Shown one piece after another: positions 47,861 to 56,591 of a stretch of 64,000 bases of DNA. Position 1 is the stretch's first letter, and each line of letters starts with the position of its first letter. Source of the stretch: an uncultured Gammaproteobacteria bacterium (GTDB lineage Bacteria > Patescibacteriota > Microgenomatia > PFEM01 > DATLAM01); contig CAZMIZ010000001.1 of assembly GCA_964566925.1 (NCBI GenBank), positions 219,968 to 283,967 of the forward strand, read 5' to 3'. The position numbers were made by a program, and so were the translations under genes. The notes below the pieces were generated by a model. That model did no database searches and was not told where the DNA came from. It worked only from the letters and a program-made list of their open reading frames with translations.

Positions 47861-47932
47861 GGGCCTGTAGTTCAACGGTAAGAACGGGATTCTTATAAAG
47901 TCCAAACGAAGGTTCGACTCCTTCCAGGCCCA
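47861..47932 (+). tRNA. tRNA-Ile(UAU)
   Basis: GGGCCTG/CAGGCCC acceptor, A73, anticodon arm GGATT-CT-TAT-AA-AGTCC, T-loop TTCGACT. Confidence 0.9.
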
Positions 47933-47934
47933 CT

Positions 47935-47961
47935 AAAAATCCCGCTTTTAGCGGGATTCTT
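47935..47961. terminator. hairpin between tRNA-Ile and convergent recombinase
   Basis: AATCCCGCT-TTT-AGCGGGATT. Confidence 0.7.
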
Positions 47962-47981
47962 AATATCTTAATATATTTTTC

Positions 47982-48848
47982 TTACAATTCTTCTAATTTG
48001 ACTCTTTCTTCAGCGTTTTCTTTGATTAAGTCCAAATATTTTTCGGTAGTCGAAAGGCGTTTGTGGCCAGCCAGCTTAGAAACCAAAATCACCGAAGCTC
48101 CGGTCATCAGTTGGTGGGCAATAAAGGTGTGGCGCAGGTCATTAACTTTCGCTCCCTTAATTCCGGCAATCCGAAAATAGCGATCGATCGCCGTTCTGAT
48201 ATTTCGAATTAAAAGGGGTCGGCCGGTTTTGGTTAAAAAAACGTTTTTGGTCTGGCTTTTAGTTCTCACCTCACGATAGCGATCAATAGCGCTTTTAGCT
48301 GCTTTATTCAAGGGAATGGTTCTGGCCGAGTGGGATTCATAAGCTTTGATTTGGATTTCCTTTTCTTTGATGTCGCCTAATTCCAACCGGGCCAATTCGC
48401 CAATTCTCATTCCAGTTTGTAAAAGAAGCTCGATAATGGCACTCATCCGGGGATCATCTCGGGCGCTATCGCGCAGAGCTCGATATTCCATTCTGGTGAG
48501 AATTCGAGGGGGTTTGATTTCATATTTGGGATGGGCGACTAGACTAGCAGGATCATCTTTAATTGCCCCCGAAGATTTCAGGAATCGGAAAAAGGTTTTG
48601 ACCGAATTTAATTTTCGAGAAATTGATTTAGGAGTATAGTTGTCTTCAGCCAGGGCTTTTTTGAACTCCTCGATATGTTCTTGGGTGACCGAGGTAGCTT
48701 GGGTGATTTTTCTTTTAACTAGAAAAGCGACCAGCTGCTCAATATCTTTACCATATGCTAAAATGGTAGCTGAGGCCCGGCCTTTGTCATGAAGAAAGTT
48801 GGTAAATTCTTTCTGGGCAGTTTCTAAAGAAGCAATTTCGGCTGCCAT
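47982..48848 (-). CDS. XerC/D-like tyrosine recombinase
   Basis: N-terminal SAM-like domain; TGMRIGEL, NDLRHTF, LAGH, TEKY; ATG 48848. Confidence 0.9.
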   Translation of the reverse strand: MAAEIASLETAQKEFTNFLHDKGRASATILAYGKDIEQLVAFLVKRKITQATSVTQEHIEEFKKALAEDNYTPKSISRKLNSVKTFFRFLKSSGAIKDDPASLVAHPKYEIKPPRILTRMEYRALRDSARDDPRMSAIIELLLQTGMRIGELARLELGDIKEKEIQIKAYESHSARTIPLNKAAKSAIDRYREVRTKSQTKNVFLTKTGRPLLIRNIRTAIDRYFRIAGIKGAKVNDLRHTFIAHQLMTGASVILVSKLAGHKRLSTTEKYLDLIKENAEERVKLEEL

Positions 48849-48856
48849 ACTGCCCC

Positions 48857-48885
48857 ATAATAGCAATAAAGGGGATAGCTGTCAA
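48857..48885 (-). promoter_or_regulatory. sigma70 promoter TTGACA-N17-TATTAT of recombinase
   Basis: minus strand, extended -10 TG, -10 ends 8 nt before ATG. Confidence 0.75.
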
Positions 48886-48894
48886 TAAGTAAAA

Positions 48895-49248
48895 ATGCGG
48901 AAAAAACTGGTTACTTTAGCAATCTTGATTGTCGGGATTAGTCTCATAGTCAATCTTTCTCGGGATATTCTTCGTCTCCTTAAAGCCGGAGATCAAATCC
49001 AAAAAGCCGAGGAAAAATTAGAAGAACAGGAAAACGAAAATCAAGAATTAGTTGAAAAAGAGGAATATTTTCAAAGCCCGGAGTTTATTGAAGAAGAGGC
49101 ACGGAATAAACTTAATATGGCTCGGGAAGGGGAGACGATTGTCATTTTACCGCCGAACATTGAGGAAATGACCAAATGGATGAAGCCAGAAACCAAGGAA
49201 GACGATTTACCGAATTGGAAAAAGTGGTGGAATTTGTTTTTTAATTGA
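48895..49248 (+). CDS. septum formation initiator (FtsB/DivIC)
   Basis: TM + coiled coil + FIEEEARNKLNMAREGE. Confidence 0.88.
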   Translation: MRKKLVTLAILIVGISLIVNLSRDILRLLKAGDQIQKAEEKLEEQENENQELVEKEEYFQSPEFIEEEARNKLNMAREGETIVILPPNIEEMTKWMKPETKEDDLPNWKKWWNLFFN

Positions 49249-49283
49249 ATCCTGAGCTTAATTTTGTTAAAATAGTGATAATA

Positions 49284-49356
49284 AGCGGGGTAGTGTACGG
49301 TAGCACGTGAGGCTCATAATCTCACAGACCAGGTTCAACTCCTGGCCCCGCAACCA
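49284..49356 (+). tRNA. initiator tRNA-fMet(CAU)
   Basis: A1.A72 mismatch, GCGGGG/CCCCGC acceptor, TGAGG-CT-CAT-AA-TCTCA, encoded CCA. Confidence 0.88.
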
Positions 49357-49430
49357 GGCAGGGTAGCTCAGTTGGTTAGAGCATCGGATTCATAAACCGA
49401 AGGTCGTGGGTTCGACTCCCACCCCTGCTA
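49357..49430 (+). tRNA. elongator tRNA-Met(CAU)
   Basis: GGCAGGG/CCCTGCT, TCGGA-TT-CAT-AA-ACCGA; abuts the fMet tRNA with no spacer. Confidence 0.88.
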
Positions 49431-49433
49431 CAA

Positions 49434-49612
49434 TTGACTTTATTTAGCAAGGTTGGTAGAATATCTTTTATCATGGGTTTCAATTTGTTTTTCCAAGTTG
49501 AGTATTGGCACACAAACCGCATTTAATTGCTGTTGGCGGTTTTTTGGTGCCAAAGCCATGAGATAATAAAAACAAAATCTAAAACCAGGACTCGCCAACA
49601 GGCGAGTTTTTT
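49434..49612 (+). promoter_or_regulatory. promoter plus putative leader-peptide transcription attenuator
   Basis: TTGACT-N17-TAGAAT; uORF 49473-49526; mutually exclusive 1:2, 2:3 and 3:4 stems; terminator 49589-49612. Confidence 0.7.
49473..49526 (+). CDS. putative leader peptide MGFNLFFQVEYWHTNRI
   Basis: 17 codons, 3 Phe + Tyr + Trp; overlaps stem 1. Confidence 0.55.
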   Translation: MGFNLFFQVEYWHTNRI

Positions 49613-49624
49613 ATTGGGAAAATT

Positions 49625-50317
49625 ATGAAGAAAAACAAAGTTATTGGTGTTCTTGGAGGAATGGGGCCTCAGGCGACCGTCGATTTTTACCGACGGCTGA
49701 TTTCTCTTGCCCAAAAAGAGTTTGACGCCAGAAATGGTAAAGACTTCCCTTTTATTTTGATTTTTAATATTTCACCCCCAGATATCATTTCCGGAAAGAA
49801 CAGGAGGATATTGCCTTTTCTGGAAGAAGGAGTGAAAAGACTTGAGGAAGGAGAGGCCGATTTTATTGTTATTCCATGTAATACCGTCCATGTTTTTATC
49901 AATGAATTAAAAAAAACCGTGACGATACCGATTTTGAGTCTTATTGAAGAGACGATAAGATCAGTTAGGAATAAAGGTTTAAAAAGAGTCGGAATTTTAG
50001 GGACTAAAACAACAATAAAAGAGGAAATTTATCAAGAAAAACTTGAGAAGTTTAAGATTAAATCCATAGTTCCTGGGAAAGCTGATCTTAGACAACTGGT
50101 GGAGATTATTTCAAGAGTTATTGCTGGAGAAAGAAAAGAAGAGGACAAAGATTTTATTCTTGCCCTAATAAATAAAATGGTTAATCAGGGAGCCCAAGGA
50201 ATTATTTTGGGTTGCACTGAAATACCACTAATTATTAAGCAAGAAGATGTTAATGTGCCCATCTTTGATACATTAGAGATATTGGCAAAAGTTTGCTTAA
50301 TGAGATACTATAAGTAA
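49625..50317 (+). CDS. aspartate/glutamate racemase family protein
   Basis: GVLGGMGP, IPCNT, LGCTE. Confidence 0.92.
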   Translation: MKKNKVIGVLGGMGPQATVDFYRRLISLAQKEFDARNGKDFPFILIFNISPPDIISGKNRRILPFLEEGVKRLEEGEADFIVIPCNTVHVFINELKKTVTIPILSLIEETIRSVRNKGLKRVGILGTKTTIKEEIYQEKLEKFKIKSIVPGKADLRQLVEIISRVIAGERKEEDKDFILALINKMVNQGAQGIILGCTEIPLIIKQEDVNVPIFDTLEILAKVCLMRYYK

Positions 50318-50329
50318 AGGAGAGAATTT

Positions 50330-51322
50330 ATGAAAAAGCGAGTTTTTTCAGGTTCAAGACCGTCTGGTAAGCTCCATATAGGAAATTATTTAGGTGGGTT
50401 AAAAGGCTATTTAGCTCTCCAAGAAAAAGAAGATTTGGATTGCATCTACAGCGTGGTTGACCTACATGGGATTACCACTCCTTATAACCCTAAAGCCTTT
50501 CAGAAAAATATTCGAGAGGTAGCTTTGGATTATCTTGGGGCTGGTTTAGACCCTAAAAAATGCCATCTTCTAGTCCAATCCCAAATTCCGGAGCATCTTG
50601 AGTTGGCTTATCTTTTCTCCACCATCTATCCGGTTTCCCGACTAGAACAGCTGCCAACCTATAAAGAAAAAAAGGCTCAGTTTCCCAAAAATGTCAATTT
50701 AGGCCTCTTGTATTATCCGATTTTAATGGCGGCCGATATCTTGGTTTACAAAGCTGAATTGGTGCCGGTCGGGATTGATCAGGAGCCGCATTTAGAAGTT
50801 ACCCGGGAAATTGCTAGGCGGTTTAATAGAATATTCCATCCGCCAGCCGGCGGATTCCCTGAAATCCAGCGGTTTGCCACCAAAGGTGAGCATGTTCCCT
50901 CTTTGATCGGGGAAGGGAAGATGAGTAAAAGTGTAGAGGGGAGCCAGATTCTTTTAACTGATGACTTGAAGATGATCAAACAGAGATTAGCTAAAGCGCC
51001 TACTGATGCTGGCCGCGGAAAGAAAATTCCTAAAAAGGGTGGGGTGGCCAATTTGTTAATTTTGGTTGAGCTTTTTATGGGCCAAAAGGCGAGGCAGGAT
51101 TATGAGAAACAATATCTGGGCAGGGGAATTAAATACGCTGAGCTTAAAGAAAAATTAGCCCAGGCGATTTATGAAGAGCTGAGACCGATTCAAAAACGGC
51201 GAAGATATTTTGAAGAGCACCCTCAAGAAGTGGATCAGATTTTGGAAGAGGGAAGAAAATATTGCTCTAAAATCGCTAAGGCCACTCTTGCCGAAGCCAA
51301 AAAGGCGATGGGATTGGTTTAG
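50330..51322 (+). CDS. trpS: tryptophanyl-tRNA synthetase
   Basis: SG.RPSGKLHIGNY (HIGH), YPILMAADIL, VPVGIDQ, KMSKS. Confidence 0.96.
   Translation: MKKRVFSGSRPSGKLHIGNYLGGLKGYLALQEKEDLDCIYSVVDLHGITTPYNPKAFQKNIREVALDYLGAGLDPKKCHLLVQSQIPEHLELAYLFSTIYPVSRLEQLPTYKEKKAQFPKNVNLGLLYYPILMAADILVYKAELVPVGIDQEPHLEVTREIARRFNRIFHPPAGGFPEIQRFATKGEHVPSLIGEGKMSKSVEGSQILLTDDLKMIKQRLAKAPTDAGRGKKIPKKGGVANLLILVELFMGQKARQDYEKQYLGRGIKYAELKEKLAQAIYEELRPIQKRRRYFEEHPQEVDQILEEGRKYCSKIAKATLAEAKKAMGLV
50838..50855. repeat. 18-bp palindrome inside trpS
   Basis: ATCCGCC-AGCC-GGCGGAT; same TCCGCC/GGCGGA arms as 27502-16. Confidence 0.65.
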
Positions 51323-51335
51323 TCTTTAACTTTCA

Positions 51336-51782
51336 ATGACCAACCAGCAAGACACAGAAAGAGAGCATTTTCAAGCTGTCATTGAGGAAGCTACTCCTGG
51401 CGATCATCTTCTCATCTTAGACCAAGCGATTAATGAGCTGGATCGGGGAGTGTCCCTATTTCAAAATGAAGAAGTTACAGGCTTAGGTTTATATTCCCAG
51501 GTGGTTGAGGCCTGGAGGCTTGTTGATAAAGAAGAGGTTCTAAGAAAAGCGGTTGAAGAAGAGATGGAGGCAATCCGAAAAGACCCTAAGAAGATGGCCG
51601 AATATGATATTCCGACCAACGTTGAAGGTGATCCGGTGAGGCAGTTTTTCAACCCAAACTGCTGGGCAGGGAGAATGACTAAGGGGAGGGAAGAGGAATT
51701 TGTTATGGAAAGAATAGGAGGGCTAAGAGAGTTTTTCATCAGCTTGAAAAGCGGCTTAAACCAGAGTAGAAGCGAATCTTAA
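51336..51782 (+). CDS. hypothetical protein
   Basis: 148-aa helical acidic ORF in operon orientation. Confidence 0.6.
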   Translation: MTNQQDTEREHFQAVIEEATPGDHLLILDQAINELDRGVSLFQNEEVTGLGLYSQVVEAWRLVDKEEVLRKAVEEEMEAIRKDPKKMAEYDIPTNVEGDPVRQFFNPNCWAGRMTKGREEEFVMERIGGLREFFISLKSGLNQSRSES

Positions 51783-51802
51783 TTTGTGGTAAAATTCTTC
51801 TG

Positions 51803-53674
51803 ATGGCGGATCAAAACCCGAGGCAAAGAATGCCCCAAATTCCAGGCAGAGGCCCAATTAAGAAATTTGAACTCCGTTTTAATTTAAAAACGATTCTTAT
51901 TTGGTTGCTGATTATTTTTGTTGGCCTTTCCTTTTTCTTTTCCTTTTCTACCCAACCCACGACCGACGAGGAAATTGCTTTATCAAAAGCTTTAACCGAT
52001 ATTAAGGAAGGTAAAACCAAAAAAGTCTTGGTTGAGGACGATAAGCTTTTATTAACCTACCAGGATGAAGCTGAGGCTTTTTCTCGAAAAGAGGCTGGCC
52101 AAAGCTTTACGGAAATCTTAAAAGATGCCGAAATTGACCCTAAAAGTATCAATTTAGAGATTAAGGATACCAGTCTTTCCAAGGCCTGGGTCGAGATTTT
52201 GGGCACCCTTTTACCTCTCGGTTTAATGGCTGTTTTTTTCTTCTGGATTTTTCGTCAAGCCCGAGGGGCTCAAGATAGCCTTTTTACTTTCGGTCGTTCA
52301 GGCGCCAGGCTTTTTGCTAAGGGCAAACAGAAATTTACCTTTGAGGATGTGGCCGGGGTAGAGGAGGCTAAAAAAGAGCTCGAAGAAGTCGTTGACTTTC
52401 TTAAACACCCGGCCAAATATCGTCGTTTGGGAGCCAGAACGCCAAAAGGAGTTCTTTTAGTTGGCCCTTCAGGCACAGGCAAAACTCTTTTAGCTAAAGC
52501 CGTTGCCGGCGAGGCTAACGTGCCCTTTTTTAGTATGGCTGGCTCTGAGTTTATGGAGATGTTGGTTGGTGTGGGCGCCAGTCGGGTTAGAGATCTCTTC
52601 AATAACGCTAAAAAGGCGGCGCCGGCGATTATCTTTATTGATGAGATTGATGCCATTGGCCGGCAAAGAGGTTTAGGACTTAGCGGCGGCCATGACGAAC
52701 GAGAACAAACCTTAAATCAGATTTTAGTGGAAATGGATGGTTTTACCCCGAATGATAACGTGATCGTTTTAGCGGCTACTAACCGGGGTGATCTTTTGGA
52801 TCCAGCCCTGCTTCGGCCCGGCCGATTTGATCGCCGGATTGCTTTGGACATGCCCGATCTTGAAGATCGGGAAGCCATTATCAAAATTCATGCCCGAGGG
52901 AAACCTTTTGTTAAAGCGATTTCTTGGAAGACGGTGGCCAAAAGAACCGTGGGTTTTTCCGGGGCCGATATTGAAAACATGCTTAACGAAGCCGCCATTT
53001 TAGCGGCCCGAGGCGACAAGAAAGTGATCAATATGGAAGATATTGAAGAGGCAGCGACTAAGGTTAAACTGGGCCCAGAGAAAAAGCGCCTCCAGTCTGA
53101 TGAAGAAAGAAAAATGACCGCCTATCACGAGGCCGGTCATGCCGTTGTCACCCACAGGTTGCCCCACATGGATCCGGTTCACCGAATTTCGATTGTTTCT
53201 CGAGGCTTGGCCATGGGCTTTACCCTGATCCCGCCCAAAAAAGATCGTTATACTGAAACGAAAACTCATCTTTTAGAAACGATTGCCTCCCTTTTGGGTG
53301 GTCGAGCCGCCGAAGGGATGATTTTTAATGAATTTACGGCCGGGGCGGCTTCGGATATTGACAAGGCCACCCGGATTGCCCGAAGGATGGTGGTGGACTT
53401 TGGGATGAGTGAATTAGGGCCAGTTTATCTTGGGCCTCAGATTGAAGAGACTGAATATGGTCGAACTTTTTTCCAGCCTTCAGAAATCAGTCCCAAGATG
53501 CAAGCCAGAGTTGATGAGGAGGTTAAAAGAATTGTGGACGAGGGTTATAAAAGAGCTTTAGGCGTTTTAAAGAAAAATAAGAAGAAGCTCGACCTAATCG
53601 CCAGAAAACTTTTAGATCAGGAAACAATTGAAGGGGAGGAATTTGAAAAACTGATGGGAAAGAAAAAAGTCTAA
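51803..53674 (+). CDS. ftsH: ATP-dependent zinc metalloprotease FtsH
   Basis: 2 [31 protein letters not shown]. Confidence 0.97.
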   Translation: MADQNPRQRMPQIPGRGPIKKFELRFNLKTILIWLLIIFVGLSFFFSFSTQPTTDEEIALSKALTDIKEGKTKKVLVEDDKLLLTYQDEAEAFSRKEAGQSFTEILKDAEIDPKSINLEIKDTSLSKAWVEILGTLLPLGLMAVFFFWIFRQARGAQDSLFTFGRSGARLFAKGKQKFTFEDVAGVEEAKKELEEVVDFLKHPAKYRRLGARTPKGVLLVGPSGTGKTLLAKAVAGEANVPFFSMAGSEFMEMLVGVGASRVRDLFNNAKKAAPAIIFIDEIDAIGRQRGLGLSGGHDEREQTLNQILVEMDGFTPNDNVIVLAATNRGDLLDPALLRPGRFDRRIALDMPDLEDREAIIKIHARGKPFVKAISWKTVAKRTVGFSGADIENMLNEAAILAARGDKKVINMEDIEEAATKVKLGPEKKRLQSDEERKMTAYHEAGHAVVTHRLPHMDPVHRISIVSRGLAMGFTLIPPKKDRYTETKTHLLETIASLLGGRAAEGMIFNEFTAGAASDIDKATRIARRMVVDFGMSELGPVYLGPQIEETEYGRTFFQPSEISPKMQARVDEEVKRIVDEGYKRALGVLKKNKKKLDLIARKLLDQETIEGEEFEKLMGKKKV

Positions 53675-53706
53675 ACCCTTCTGTGCACCTGTGTTAAAAT
53701 AGCTTC

Positions 53707-54627
53707 ATGAAGCGCCTTGTTTTAATTGACGGCCACGCTATCCTTCATCGAGCTTATTACGCTTTTCCGCCCACCCTAAAAACACGCCGGGGAGAACTGG
53801 TCAATGCCGTTTATGGTTTCACCCGGATGCTTTTAACCGTTCTTAAAGATCTTCATCCGGAATACGTAGCCGTGGCCTTTGATTTGCCTGAGCCAACCTT
53901 TCGCCATCAAGAATTTATTGGTTATCAAGCCCAGCGGCCAAAAATGGACTCCGAGCTTAAAGATCAAATCGAACGGGTAGAGGAAGTCGTCCGAACCTTA
54001 AATATTCCTGCTTTTGCGGTCAAAGGTTTTGAAGCCGACGACGTCATCGGCACCCTGGCTAAACAGGCAGCCAAAAAGAAGGTTGAGGCAGTGATCGTCA
54101 CTGGCGATCGAGATATTATGCAGCTGGTGAATTCTAAAGTTAAAGTTTATGCGCCTCTTAAGGGCTTTTCTCAAGCCAAACTTTTTGGGAAAAAAGATGT
54201 TCAAGCGCTTTTAGACGTTAAACCAGAACAGATTGTTGACTACAAAGCGATGGTTGGTGACCCCTCAGATAACTATCCAGGCGTTCCTGGCATTGGTCCG
54301 AAAACCGCTTCTAAACTACTTTCCCGATATCAAGATTGGGATACTATTTATAGAAACATTAAGAAAATCGAACCGCCAATAGCCAGGAGGTTAACTGAAG
54401 GTAGAGAATCTGGCAGGCTTTCTCGAAAACTAGCCGAAATTGTGACGAATGTTCCTATTAAGCTAAACCTTAAAGCTTGTTTGGTTCATGATTATGATCA
54501 CGAAAAGGCAAAGAAATTGTTTGAAGAATTAGAATTCAAGAGTTTGATTGAAAAACTCCCGGGAATGAAAAAGGAAGAAAAAAGGACAAGAAAAAAGTTT
54601 ACCAATGAACAGATGAAATTAGTGTGA
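53707..54627 (+). CDS. standalone 5'-3' exonuclease (PolA N-terminal domain)
   Basis: LIDGH, FD..PTFRH, GFEADD, TGDRD, GDPSDNYPGVPGIGPKTA; no polymerase domain. Confidence 0.92.
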   Translation: MKRLVLIDGHAILHRAYYAFPPTLKTRRGELVNAVYGFTRMLLTVLKDLHPEYVAVAFDLPEPTFRHQEFIGYQAQRPKMDSELKDQIERVEEVVRTLNIPAFAVKGFEADDVIGTLAKQAAKKKVEAVIVTGDRDIMQLVNSKVKVYAPLKGFSQAKLFGKKDVQALLDVKPEQIVDYKAMVGDPSDNYPGVPGIGPKTASKLLSRYQDWDTIYRNIKKIEPPIARRLTEGRESGRLSRKLAEIVTNVPIKLNLKACLVHDYDHEKAKKLFEELEFKSLIEKLPGMKKEEKRTRKKFTNEQMKLV

Positions 54628-54628
54628 A

Positions 54629-55780
54629 ATGAAAGTTGCTCTGGTCCATGATTATTTAAAGGAGTATGGTGGTGCCGAACGGGTGCTTTGGGCGCTTCAT
54701 GAAATTTGGCCTGAAGCCCCGATCTATACGGCTTTTTGTCATAAAAATTCTGCGGCCGGGAGGGCTTTTACTGATGTCCGGATCATTGAATCTTGGCTGG
54801 CGCCCTTAATAAAATTCAAAAATCTTTACAGTCCTTTGCGATTTTTAACCCCCTTGATTTGGAAAAGTTTTGATCTTTCTGCTTACGATTTAGTAATCAG
54901 TTCTGCCTCTTGGTATATTACCCGAGGTTTTAGAGTGGACCCGCCTATCGGCCTGTCTGCCGACAAGGCAGGCGAGGCAGGCCGGAAGACTAAAGTAATT
55001 TGTTATTGTCACACCCCACCACGCTATTTATACGGTTATCCCACCTCAATTGAATGGCGGCGCTATTGGCCTTTAAGGGTTTATGGCTTAATTGTAAATC
55101 ATTTTTTAAGGCTTTATGATTTCCAAACCGCTCAGCAAGTAGATGAATTTATTGCCAATTCAAAAAATGTAGCCTCCAGAATAAAGAAATTCTATCGTCG
55201 TGAGGCCACCGTTATTTATCCGCCGGTTGAGACAGAAAAGATTATTCAAGCAACTAAAAAACTTAGACCAAAAGATTATTATTTGATTGCTTCTCGGGTG
55301 GTAGGCGCTAAAGGGATTGAATTAGCGGTTGAGGCGGCCAAAAAGGCAGGAGTAAAATTAAAGATTGTTGGCGAACCGGCTGGATTGCGGTGGTTTGGGA
55401 AAAATTTAGAGAGTTTAAAAGGAAAGGGGATTGAGCTTTTAGGAAGAGTTCCGGATAAGGATCTTTATCACTATTACGGTCAATGTAAAGCTTTTCTAGC
55501 TTTGGCCACCGATGAAGATTTTGGGGTCACTCCAGTAGAGGCCATGGCCGCTGGTCGGCCGGTGATTGCTTTTCAGGGTGGGGGTTATCTAGAATCAGTG
55601 GTGGAAGGAAAAACCGGACTCTTTTTTGATTTGCCTAAAGTTGAATCCCTAGCCTCGGTTTTGAAAGAATTTAAACCAGGAAAATTCAAACCAGAGGATT
55701 GTCGAGCCCGAGCAAAGAAATTTTCTAAAGAGCGATTTAAGAAAGAGATTAAGCAATTTATTAAGGAGAAAAATGCCTGA
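54629..55780 (+). CDS. GT4 glycosyltransferase
   Basis: VHDYL..YGGAERV, YCHTPPR, EDFG..PVEAMAAG. Confidence 0.92.
   Translation: MKVALVHDYLKEYGGAERVLWALHEIWPEAPIYTAFCHKNSAAGRAFTDVRIIESWLAPLIKFKNLYSPLRFLTPLIWKSFDLSAYDLVISSASWYITRGFRVDPPIGLSADKAGEAGRKTKVICYCHTPPRYLYGYPTSIEWRRYWPLRVYGLIVNHFLRLYDFQTAQQVDEFIANSKNVASRIKKFYRREATVIYPPVETEKIIQATKKLRPKDYYLIASRVVGAKGIELAVEAAKKAGVKLKIVGEPAGLRWFGKNLESLKGKGIELLGRVPDKDLYHYYGQCKAFLALATDEDFGVTPVEAMAAGRPVIAFQGGGYLESVVEGKTGLFFDLPKVESLASVLKEFKPGKFKPEDCRARAKKFSKERFKKEIKQFIKEKNA
54940..54981. repeat. nested 21+21-bp palindromic in-frame insertion
   Basis: inner CCTGTCTGCCGACAAGGCAGG (54952-72) inside outer CCCGCCTATCGG..CGAGGCAGG. Confidence 0.7.
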
Positions 55781-56588
55781 ATTACCTGAGGTGGAAACTA
55801 TACGTAGGGATTTAAATAGATTAATTGTTGACAGGAAGATTTTGGAAATCACTACTGATTCGCCGAAGCAGGTTCAGCCTTCATTGGCCGAAGTTAAAAA
55901 GGCGATTGTCGGGACAAAGATTAAAAAGATTAAAAGGCGGGCTAAAGTTCTTCAGATTTTCCTCTCTAATGACCAGATTTTGGCGGTTCATCTTAAGTTA
56001 ACCGGCCGGCTTTTGGTAAGAAAAGAGGGGACACCTGAAGATGATTGGCAGCATGTGACGATCAGCTTAAGCGGTAAAAAAGAACTACGCTTCGCTGATT
56101 TACGCAAGTTTGGTTGGATAAGGCTGCTTAAAAACCAAAAACAATTGGAAAAATTGTTAATTGAATTCGGGCCAGAGCCTTTGGACAATCTTAGTTCAAA
56201 GCTTTTTAAAGAGATTCTTGCCAAAACTAGCCGAGCTATCAAAATTGTTCTCATGGATCAAAAAAGAATTGCCGGTGTCGGCAATATTTATGCCAATGAC
56301 GCTCTCTTTTTGGCTAAAATTGATCCCCGGAGGCCAGCCAATAAAGTGACTGAAAAAGAAACCGAAAAGCTTTTTAAGGCGATTGAAAAGGTTTTGCGAG
56401 CGGGAATTAAATATCGCGGCGCTTCAGACCAATATTATCTCGATGCTTTGGGCCGAAAAGGCGCCTATCAAGATCACTTTCTTACCTACGGCCGGCAAGG
56501 GAAAAAATGTTTTGATTGTCAGGGAGAGATTAAAAAAATTAAGCTAGGTGGCCGGGGAACGTTTTTCTGTCCCGCCTGCCAGAGGTAG
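55773..56588 (+). CDS. mutM: formamidopyrimidine-DNA glycosylase
   Basis: MPELPEVE, DLRKFG, AGVGNIYA, C4 Zn finger. Confidence 0.96.
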   Translation: MPELPEVETIRRDLNRLIVDRKILEITTDSPKQVQPSLAEVKKAIVGTKIKKIKRRAKVLQIFLSNDQILAVHLKLTGRLLVRKEGTPEDDWQHVTISLSGKKELRFADLRKFGWIRLLKNQKQLEKLLIEFGPEPLDNLSSKLFKEILAKTSRAIKIVLMDQKRIAGVGNIYANDALFLAKIDPRRPANKVTEKETEKLFKAIEKVLRAGIKYRGASDQYYLDALGRKGAYQDHFLTYGRQGKKCFDCQGEIKKIKLGGRGTFFCPACQR

Positions 56589-56591
56589 GTT

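Noticed and set aside
45493-48848. ICE or prophage integrated at tRNA-Ile
   Set aside because: No duplicated tRNA end, relaxase or cargo; flanks are housekeeping genes
49434-49612. T-box riboswitch upstream of trpS
   Set aside because: No T-box consensus (AAnnnnGGTGGnACC) or specifier stem; leader too short
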